From Octopus vulgaris (Eukaryota), in the NCBI GenBank assembly GCA_951406725.2, contig OX597820.1:109058001-109122000 (forward strand): a stretch of DNA of 64,000 bases, in the 5' to 3' direction. Numbering within the stretch: position 1 is the first letter of the stretch; each line of letters opens with the position of its first letter. Both the position numbers and the translations under genes were made by a program. Below, in pieces: positions 49,804-64,000 of this stretch. The notes under the pieces were generated by a model. The model had not been told where the DNA came from, ran no database searches, and was given only the letters and a program-made list of their open reading frames with translations.

Positions 49804-51368
49804 AGAATTCCGGGTAGAAGTAGGGGTCCACCAAGGTTCAGCCCTCAGTCCCCTTTTATTCATCATAGTCCTCCAGGCAATAACAAAGGAAATCAAGATG
49901 GGTTGCCCCTGGGAGCTCCTCTATGCCGATGACCTGGCCCTCATAGCAGAATCATTACTGGAACTAGAAAAGAAATTTCGGGTGTGGAAGCTAGGTTTAG
50001 AATCAAAAGGCCTTAGAGTCAATGTAGCAAAGACCAAAGTTATAGTAAGTAGGAAGGCGAACTCATCAAACATCCCCTCAGGCTCTGCTCGATCTGTAGA
50101 AAAGGTGTAGGTAGAAACTCTATGAGATGTACCCAGTGTAAGCTATGGACGCATAGGAGGTGCAGCAACATCAAAGGAAAATTAACCGAGAAGATAGCTT
50201 TCGTGTGCGGCAGATGCACAGGGGCAATAGACACCACAGATACTCAGAAAACAGATTCCATCACACTTCAGGGGAAGAAACTAGAAGTAGTTGATAGTTT
50301 CCGCAACCTAGGTGGCCAAGTTAGTAGTGGGGGTGGATGCTCAAAGAGTGTCACCACTAGAATATGAATAACCTGGGCAAAGTTTAGAAAGCTTCTTCCC
50401 CTACTGGTGACCAAGGGTCTCTTGCTCAGAGTGAAAGGTAGATTGTACGATGCATGTGTGCGAACTGCCATGCTTCACGGTAGTGAAACATGGGCTGTGA
50501 CTGCAGAGAACATGTGTAGGCTTGAAAGAAATGAAGCTTGCATGATCCGCTGGATGTGTAATGTCAGTGTGCATACACGACAGAGTGTAAGCACCCTGAG
50601 AGAAATGCTGGACATAAGAAGTATCGGATGGGGTGTACAAAAGAGACGTTTGTGCTGGTATGGTCATGTACTGTGGATGGATGAGGAGAGATGTGTGAAG
50701 AAGTGCCACTCCCAAACAGTTGAAGGAATCTGGGGTAGAGGTAGACCCAGGAAGACATGGGATGAGGTGGTCAAGTATGACTTTCAAATGTTGGGCCTCA
50801 CAGAGGCAATGACGAAAGACCGAGATCTCTGGAGATATGCTGTGACTGCGAAGACCCGACAAATAACGTGAGTTCATGGCTGTTTCCTGCACCTGCTTCA
50901 CATAGCAGCCCCAGCCCATCCAAAGTACCTTGGATCGCAGGACGGCCTGCTGTGCTTAACTTGGATTGTAGGGCAACCTGCTGTGCTTGAGGAGACCTAT
51001 TGAGTCAAGTACATCAACGTCAAAATAAAAATCAAATGGAAATTGTAGTTGTGATACTTGTGCTGGTGGAATGTAAAAAGCACCATCCGAACGTGGCCTT
51101 GATGAGCTTTTGTGCTGGTGGCACATAAAAAGCACCAACCGATCGTAGCCGTTGCCAGCCTCCCCTGGCACCTGTGCTGGTGGCACATAAAAAGCAGCCA
51201 CTGCACTCACGGAGTGGTTGGCGTTAGGAAGGGTATCCAGCTGCAGAAACACTGCCAGATCAGACTGGAGCCTGGTGCAGGCTCCTGACTTCCCAGACCC
51301 TGGTCAAACTGTCCAACCAATACTAGCATGGAAAACGGACATTAAACGATGATGATGATGATGATGAT
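49797..51368 (+). mobile_element. 5'-truncated RTE LINE inserted in a (TA)n tract
   Basis: VGVHQGSALSPLLF, YADD, LHGSETWAVT and GRPRKTW motifs; 3' tail ends AAACGATGATGATG; related to the element at 18940. Confidence 0.9.
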
Positions 51369-51559
51369 ATACATATATATATATATACAATGCAGTGGGA
51401 ATGAATTTGAGTAACCGTTAACATAATGTACTTTAAGGTATAGATGAATTAAGTTAAGTTTTAACCGCCCCATTCGTATAAACACCAAGTAGCTATTTAA
51501 CTCGCTTACATTTTCACGGATGCTTGAACTCCTGGAGTACATACTCATTAGAAAGACAC

Positions 51560-52790
51560 ATCTGAGGGAATACTATTCAAGCATGATGCTTTGCAACTTG
51601 CTGTGGCCTTCAAGGTTTTCTCTAGCTCCTGCATGGTGACATTATGGCAGGGGTTGTCTCATTTCTGGTGCTGCTCAAGCCATTTGTAGACATAAATGTT
51701 TCTTCCACCTAGCTCTGATTTTCTGGAAGCTGGTGTGCAGTTTTCTCATGTCTACTGATTTGATTTGTGCCACTGTGTTGCTCCTGGGGCCATAGATGGT
51801 TTTCAGTCCTGTAAATAGCCTGTGCTAGTGATGCTTGTCAGCCATACTCTGCAAAGGTTCTGCCTGCCTGCACCACCAGTCATTCTTCAGCGATCTCACT
51901 TCTCTCTGCACTTTGGATTTGATTTTAGCGAAAGTTACCCAGCTCCTCTCTGAGTTCCCCAGCAGATGTTGCTGGTGCAGGTATTGCTTTTTGTCTAGCA
52001 GCTTCTGGATCTCTTTTCCATGCTTCTAGAATCAATCAGGTGTTTTATGCTGAGAGGGCCCTAGAGTCTCCTTAGTGGTCAGTTCAGCATTCTGCTCCAC
52101 ACATGGCCTTTGTGCACAGAATCTCCTGCAGCCCAGTATTCCAAGTAATGACATAGTCCAGACCAGACTGAGAGAGTTTCCATGTGAAATAATTCTTGTT
52201 GGGCAGATCAGAGAGCATATATTGATGGAAGAGAGCTCCTGTGCACAGAAGTTTAGCAGGAGGTCACCACTGGAGTTATTTTGCCCTTTCCAAACTTGCT
52301 GATGATGCCTGAATAGGTCCCACAGTCTGCTCCCACCCTAGCATTGAAGTAACCTATAATCAGCAACTTGTGTTGGTACAATCCTTGTCAGCTCTTGTTA
52401 AAATGCCTCTTTCTCCTCCTCTGGGTAGGTTATTTTGGAGCATACTTGTTGACGAGGGTCAGGTGTCAGTTATTCATTATTGGTATCTGCAGGGTTATCA
52501 TCCTCTCTCAGACAGCTAATGGGAGAAAAGGTAGCCTTTGGTGGTCGTGTTATTGATAGCAAAAGCTATGATTGTGTCTTTTCTTTCCTCTGTCTCTTGA
52601 ACCCAGAAAAAGGTGTAACCCTCCTCTTGCAGCTGATCCTGCTCTTTGATCACAGCTTCTTGGAGTGTTGCAATGTTTACATTTTACTGGTGCAATTCTT
52701 TTACAAGTAGGGCTGTCCTCTATTCAGGCATGGAGTCTCTGTCAAGCATAGTGCACATGTTTGATGTTGCTACAGTCATCTTCATTTTCT
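51560..52790 (-). mobile_element. Old RTE (BovB-like) LINE 5' fragment
   Basis: Minus strand shows GYTFFW-, YAP-, GYFNARVG- and HLIDSRSM (HxDWF-like) remnants and aggctatttacaggactgaaaaccatctatggcccc. Confidence 0.6.
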
Positions 52791-53376
52791 TCTAATTTCT
52801 ACCACTGAAGTGAAGTCCTATTGGCCTATATGAACCAGTCAGGTTTTGTTTCTTTACCCTATTTTTTCTAGGGGCTTCCTCTTCCATGGTGGGCAGTACA
52901 ACTGACATCTTCATTGTATTCCTGGCATGAGAGGCTAAAGGATTGTTAGCACTCACCCAAGGTGCCGTTCCAGTCTATGGATGGAATGGGTGATTTCCCT
53001 TTTATGGTCTGCCTCTGATGTGAGTACTGTGCTGTCCCATGATATATAAATATATATTTCATGTAGTTGTTGATTATGGAAAGTACAAAAGTTATTATTG
53101 GTTTTACATTTATTATGCTCTTAGCAACATAGACTCATCAGACCTGCTGGCTGGAGTTATGAAACCTCATTACTAATGGAGGTAAGAAAACAGTCTTGGT
53201 CAACTAGGGTTGTGAAAAAAACATCCTGAAATGAAATTCTTTGAAGTGAAAACCCTTTGTGAACAAGATGGAGCTATCTCCCTATGACCAATTCCAGTTG
53301 CAACTGGAAAAGGTCATATTACTGCACCAAAATTTTTTAGGAGTGTGCTTTTTTCAGAGTTATGAATGCCTGATTG

Positions 53377-53424
<48 letters not shown>

Positions 53425-54773
53425 TTCATCATCACCACCATCATCATCATCATTTAACATCTGTTTTCCATGCTGGCATGGGTTGGATGCTTTGACAAGG
53501 GTTGGTGAGGCCGGGGATCATACCAGGCTCCATTGTCTGTTTTGGTATGGTTTCTATAGCTGGATGCCCTTCCTAAACCAACCACTTTACAGAGTGTACT
53601 GGGTGCTTTTTATGTGGCACTAGCACCAATGTTTTTACGTGGCATCAGCACCAGTGCTTTTTACATGGAATCAGCCCTGGTGATGTTGACCCGGTGCCAG
53701 CACCAGTACTTTTCATGTGGAACCAGCATATGGGCACAGAAGCCTCTGTACCTATAATTGTATTTTATTCTATTATAAATCTCTATATAATGACTGGGTC
53801 ACTGAGTAACTTCCAAGACAAAAATCTGCTTAGCAGGGAGGAGGGAGTTGTAGTGAGGGTGTGGTAGCATTGTGTCAATTGATGAGAGTAGAGGTATAGA
53901 GGAACAGAGGTAATTGTCCTGCTGTAGAGTAGATACATGAATACTCCAGTTGAAAAAGAAAGGAGGGTGAGTTAGAGAGTAGGATAAAATGAGTGGGTGA
54001 GTCAAAGAGTAAGATAATGAGAGTAATAGTGAGAAAAATGATGGTGATGAAAATGAGTTGGGGGCATGTTTTTGAGGGACATTGGATGTGGTGAGAATAA
54101 GTGGAGTGATACAGAGGTCTGGACTGGGTGGGTTGGCAGGATTGAGGTGACTGGTAGAGACAGTGGGGAAATAACAGGAACCGAAAGTAGTTTGTGGTGG
54201 GGTGGGGAAGGAGGTAACTAAAGAAGTAGGGAGAAGTAGTATGCACCTATTCTGCTCTCAGGTGATAGATAGGTGATGAGTGTTTGGGGATAAAAGGTAT
54301 GTGTGTGTGGGAAGGTTGACAGGATAGAGAGGATGAAAGTGGGCATGGAACAGAGCCCCTCACAAACAAGCATTAACCAAGGTGGTTTAGGATATCAATT
54401 CTGATGTGATGGACAGTTCTTTTTTAGTACAGCAAGGAATCAGATATCTCTTTCGTAAAGCTCAGTCTCTTGAGATTGGCCTTCAGTACTTTGTCCAATG
54501 TCTTCCTGGGTCTCCCTCTTCAACAACTTCCTTCTACTTTAAATGATCAACACTTCTTTATGCAACTATCCATATCCATATGCACCACATGGCCAGACCA
54601 GTGCAGTCTTCTCTTTGCATTTATTCGTGTTATGTCTATCTTTTCTTGCAATACACTAGCACTCTGCCACACGTGTACACTGACATTGCACATCCAGCAG
54701 AGTATACTAGCTTCATTCCTCACTACCATGTTGCATTGCTGTTCAAACACAAGCATCATATAATCTTCCTTTC

Positions 54774-54819
<46 letters not shown>

Positions 54820-55390
54820 TTTTTGTTGTCAACGGAGGTGAAAACGCTCAGATCTTTCTCCATCCAATCTTAAAATTACGCTTTCTGTATATCCTCTGCT
54901 ACAGCTAATTAGTCCTCTAGGTAGCGGAAATTATCCACTCTCTGTAAAGAGACTCTGGGGGCATTTTTGGAAATTAATTATCTCAGTATCTGTAGTCATT
55001 ATGGATCCTGTGTATCTTCCACATACACTACTTTCTCTGATAACTTTCCTATTACACCACTGCACTTCTTGTGTGTCCATAGCTTACTCTTAATAAACCA
55101 TATAAAATTCTTGCATAGCCCTTTCTTATATATCAAGTTGGGCCATTTACCTGATCGGGGTAGGGCCTACGTACTTGAATCTTAATGATTGCTAAGTTAA
55201 CCTTAAGGCCCATCACTTCCAGGTTTTGCTTCCACACCTGGAATTTTTCTAGTTCTGTTACAGAATCAGGAAAGAGAGCCAGATCATCAGCATTTTGCAG
55301 TTCTGAATCTTGAATTCCTCTGTAATAGTCTGATGGGCAATGATGAGTAGGAGAGAACTGAGAATTATACTCAAGGTTAACTCTCACACA
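53425..55390 (-). mobile_element. Decayed RTE LINE 3' portion ((CAT)n tail, GA-rich UTR, C-terminal ORF remnants)
   Basis: CATCATCATTTAACATCTGTTTTCCATGC at about 53445; RNEASILCWMCNVSVH (54547-54759) and NADDLAL (55133-55387). Confidence 0.75.
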
Positions 55391-56814
55391 TTGGAGATCT
55401 TTAAATTTTGTTTTTGGTTCAAATACGAAAATATTTCATGTGACAGGTGTCACTTCCCTTTGCACTTGTAGCTGTTAGATATTGCTTTGCTTGAAGATCT
55501 TTCTTTTGAAAGATTCCAACGATTTCAACCAGCCGTCAGTTCACCTATTCACTGCACAGGACGCTAGACTATTGCAGAAGTAACTTCCTTCGAAAAATTT
55601 TCAATAGATTTATTTCAACACAGCTAATGGGAACATACAGAAAAAAAACAACGTAGATTTAAACGCCTGATTTAGAACATCAAACGAAAGGAATATCGAA
55701 GTGCCTAATTTATTGGGAGTGACAGCCATCGTCACCGATCAACATTAACGTGCAGCCGTTGGCTGTTAATAAACCTGTACAACAAGACCATCAACCAATA
55801 GAATTGCATTACGTCATATCAAAGCCTTCCTGGTAGAAACATTTCTTTTAGTGCTACGCTGGTAACTTTCTTCTGAATACGAAATTTTTTGGGAAAAAAT
55901 ATAAATAAAAATATATTCTTTGTACTGATATAATAAAATCAATATTGCTTAAAAGAAGGTTTTCCTTTTCTCTTTTTGACATTTTCTATTTAGTTTCTTG
56001 TCATTTTTAAAAGTTTCATATTTTGGTTAATGTTTATTCTTTGGTTTGGCTGTGTGATGAAACGTGTTTTTTTTTTTCTGAGCAACATAGGGACTCTGAT
56101 CCCCAACATTGACTGTCCACAACTCATGTTGTTCTAATACATTGGACCCCTCCTCTTCACTCCTGCTGTTGCTTTTTTTTTCTCAGCAACAGTGAGTGGT
56201 GGTGAGAGATGAAATGATAAAGGAACATACACCTTTCTACTTGCTACCATCTCATTGTTCTTACTCTATCTCTCTTCACGACAACACGCCATCATCATCC
56301 ACTGCGCTTTATTAGGATATATTTTCCATTTATGCGGTTGCTATTTGCTTACACAGGCTGAAGGTGCGTAACACTACTCTTTTTTTTTATTTTTATAATT
56401 TTGTCTTTTCTGTAAAGAATGTGTTTTAGAATTAAAACTACTAATGTTTCTATTGAGACGACAACAAATCTTTTCCTGGAGATTATTTTTTTGCGGTTTC
56501 TCCGCCTTTTATCATTGCCGCTTCACTTTCTGGTAGAAAATAGCTATTCTAGAATAATAACCACTCAATAATCAACCATCCCCTGTTTGGTGTTTATTAA
56601 ATCTTTCACTTAATTGTTATTTGTATTCACCACGAGTTTCCTTCTTTAATTTTCATATTTGACTTCCCATATCCTTCTCTCTTAGTTTTTACCTCGACAA
56701 AAACGTTTCGGCTTGTTGGTCTCTCTCTAAACACACATACACACATATAGAGGCTGTATCTAGATTGATATGTGTATATACTTGTGTTTGTGTGTGATAT
56801 ACATTATTAAGCGT

Positions 56815-56815
56815 G

Positions 56816-56858
<43 letters not shown>

Positions 56859-56958
56859 TCTATGTTTGTCTGTACTATCTTTCTGTCTGTCTGCCTATCT
56901 GTCTGTCTGTCTATCCATCCATCCATCCATCCATCCATCCATCTCTATCCATCTATCC

Positions 56959-56993
<35 letters not shown>

Positions 56994-57178
56994 CATCTAT
57001 CTGTCTATCCATCTATCCATCTATCTGTCTATCCATCTATCCATCTATCTGTCTATCCATCTATCTATCTATCCATCTATCTGTCCATCTATCTATCTAT
57101 CCATCTATCTGTCCATCTATATGTCTATCCATCTATCTGTCCATCTATCTGTCCGTCTGTCTGTCTGTCTGTCTATCG
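56815..57178. repeat. Compound tetranucleotide microsatellite (CTGT/CTAT/CCAT)n
   Basis: Read directly from the sequence. Confidence 0.97.
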
Positions 57179-57564
57179 GAGAGAGAGAGAACAGACAGGA
57201 ACGATCGAGTGGTTAAGAAGTTCACTTCGCAATTATGAGAGCTCGGGTTCCTTCGAACTTCGTGGTATGTTAACCGAATGTTTATTTACCGTAACCTGAA
57301 ACTATACCAAGCCTTATGGATAAAATTCAGACGACGGAAACTGTGGAGTCCCATAAAAAAGTGATCATCCTTCTTACACACTGTCTCGTTTATTCTACAT
57401 TAGAATTATGTTAAGGCCTACAAGTGTCTGTGGAATACTCAGTCACATTCACTCTAATAATTCAATGAGGAAGTACTTCAGTTAATCGAACAACAGGTGA
57501 TGTTTCAGTAATTCTTTTTTTTATTCTCTCTCTCTTCATATATATATATATATATTTATATATA

Positions 57565-57776
57565 TTTCTCTATTGCCCACAAGGGGCTAAACATAGAGGG
57601 GACAAACAAAGTCAGACAAAGGGATTAAGTCGATTACATCGATCCAGTGCGTAACTGGTACTTTATTTATCGACCCCGAAAGGATGAAAGGCAAAGTCGA
57701 CCTCGGCGGAATTTGAACTCAGAACGTACGGCAGACGAAATACGGTTACTCATTTCGCTCCTATTTCGTCTGCCGA
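57565..57776 (-). mobile_element. tRNA-derived SINE fragment
   Basis: Minus strand has B box GAGTTCAAATTCC followed by GCCGAGGTCGACTTTGCCTTTCATCCTTTCGGGGTCGATAAAT. Confidence 0.75.
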
Positions 57777-57919
57777 AATATATGTGTGTGTGAGTGTATG
57801 TATATATGTAAGGCTACAAGGATAATGATCACGCTTGAATTTGTACTTTTTACGTGCCACCGGCACGGAAGCCAGTTAGCAGCGCTGGCAACGATCACGC
57901 TTGGATGGTGCTCTTCTAC

Positions 57920-57968
57920 ATATATGTATGTACATATATGTATGCATATATATATGTATATATATATA

Positions 57969-58019
<51 letters not shown>

Positions 58020-58086
58020 GTGTATATGTGTGTATATATGTATATGTGTGTATATGTGTGTGTGTGTATATGTGTGTGTGTGTATA

Positions 58087-58117
<31 letters not shown>

Positions 58118-58500
58118 ATATATATGTGTGTGTGTATATATATATGTGTGTGTGTGTGTGTATATATGTGTGTGTGTGTGTGTGTGTGTATGTGTGTGTG
58201 TATATGTGTGTGTGTGTGTATATATATGTGTGTGTGTATATATATGTGTGTGTGTGTATATATATATGTGTGTGTGTGTGTGTGTATATATATATGTATG
58301 TGTATATATATATATGTATGTAGGTGTATACATGTATATATATATATATATACACACATATATATATATATATACACATATATATATATGTGTGTGTGTA
58401 TATATATATGTATGTGTGTATATATATATATATATGTATGTGTGTATATATATATATATATGTAGGTGTATATATATATATGTATATATACATCTATGTT
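57920..58500. repeat. (TA)n/(TG)n compound microsatellite
   Basis: Read directly from the sequence. Confidence 0.97.
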
Positions 58501-58674
58501 TATATATGTCCAGCCTGTAAAAAACTGGAAGATCTGTTTTCTGTGAGTAATTTGAATTTCCCTCAACATAGGTTAAGGAACTTACATATCTACAGCTTTG
58601 GACATACAAACGAACACTTAACAAAAAAAATTAGAAACATAAATATCCCCAATTTTGTGTGAACATTTTGTCGT

Positions 58675-59100
58675 CCCTTCCTTGAAAATCCTGGAGGGTC
58701 TTGTCCCAAACTTCGGCATTCAAAGTTACCCCAATGGCAGAACGGGGCGCCACTGCGTGGTGCCAAAGATTCCAACATCACCATCAAATTACAGGACCAG
58801 ATACTGCAACAGCTTGGGTTTCAGAGGACCACAGCTCTTCAACATCCTCCCTAAATGCCTGAGAGACTTGCATGGTGTGGATGTGGGTTTCTTTAAAACT
58901 AAACTGGATCTCTTCTTGTTGGGGGTCCCAGATGAAACTACCTCACGGTAGGAGACACAGATGCGGGCAGTGGCATCGAACTCCCTTGTTGATCAAGTGC
59001 CACGTATCGGAGGTGGATTCACATACTAGTGTAGCTCATTCAGCGGTGGTGCCCCAGCATGGCTGCAGCCTTCGGGCTACAACATTTTAAAGGATTTTAA
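58675..59100 (+). mobile_element. 3' end fragment of a CR1/L2-group LINE
   Basis: KILEGLVPN...[19 protein letters not shown]...FKTKLDLFL..VPD is a typical CR1-group ORF2 C-terminus. Confidence 0.7.
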
Positions 59101-59102
59101 GG

Positions 59103-62686
<3,584 letters not shown>

Positions 62687-62961
62687 CATCATCATCGTTT
62701 AACGTCCGTTCTCCATGCTAGCGTGGGTTGGACGGTTCGACTGGGAAGCCAGAAGGCTGCACCAGGCTCCAGTCTTATCTGGCAATGTTTCTACAGCTGG
62801 ATGCCCTTCCTAACGCCAACCACTCCGTGAGTGTAGTGGGTGCTTTTTACGTGCCACCTGCACAGGTGCCAGGCGAAGCTGGCAACGGCCACGGTCGGAT
62901 TGGTGTATTTTATGTGCCACCGGCACGGAAGCCAGTCGAGGCGGTGCTGGCATCGGCCACG
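62687..62961 (-). mobile_element. RTE 3' tail fragment
   Basis: CATCATCATCGTTTAACGTCCGTT.. is the reverse complement of the RTE 3' terminus. Confidence 0.85.
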
Positions 62962-63541
<580 letters not shown>

Positions 63542-64000
63542 TCATCATTATCGTTTAGCGTCCGTTTTCCATGCTAGCATGGGTTGGACGGTTCTACTGA
63601 GGTCTGTGAAGCCAGAAGGCTTCATCAGGCCCAGTCAAATCTGGCAGTGTTTCTACGGCTGGATGCCCTTCCTAACACCAACCACTCCGTGAGTTTAGTG
63701 GGTGCTTTTTACGTGCCACCCGCACAGGTGCCAGACAGAGCTGGCAAATGGCCACGAACGGATGGTGCTTTTTATGTGCCACCGGCACGAGGGCCAGGCG
63801 AGGCTGGCAACAGACACGAACGGATGGTGCTTTTTACGTGCCTCCGGCACGAGGCCAGTCAGGGCGGCGCTGGCAACGGTCGCGAAACGGAATGTTCTCT
63901 TACATGCCATCGGCACTGGTAACACACCTGCAATTTCCATTGATCGATTTCGATTCTGATCCTCACTTACCTCAACAGGTCTTCACAAGTAGAGTTTCGA
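63542..64000 (-). mobile_element. RTE 3' UTR, near-identical to 22440-22900; runs off the window
   Basis: The reverse complement is colinear with 22440-22900 with scattered substitutions. Confidence 0.92.

Overview
Eukaryotic, AT-rich, repeat-dense animal DNA. The RTE LINE tails ending in (GAT)n, the tRNA-derived SINEs and the huge (TA)n tracts suggest an octopus/cephalopod genome (inference). The only host gene I can support is the 3' half of KAT8/MOF (MYST histone acetyltransferase). It has five + strand coding exons (175-264, 414-554, 25915-26008, 31919-32069, 32826-33042), all with GT-AG introns and a continuous reading frame. Its 25.4-kb intron holds a decayed Gypsy element, RTE LINEs, mariners, a foldback element and the most notable structure in the window. 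That structure is a nearly intact 5.27-kb Tx1/L1-clade retrotransposon (13507-18778) with an exact 18-bp target-site duplication, inserted into the third unit of a young tandem array of an unknown ~0.74-1.0-kb repeat. Each unit head has TATA/initiator-like signals, and each complete unit has a variable number of 95-bp subrepeats. Two empty copies of the target site sit directly upstream. Downstream of KAT8 are a three-level nest (RTE > mariner > defective Tx1), Gypsy LTR remnants, Penelope-type fragments with minimal hammerhead ribozyme motifs, more RTE/SINE/CR1-like fragments, and about 5 kb of microsatellite that includes a probable assembly artefact. Coordinates were counted by hand; boundaries of decayed elements are approximate.
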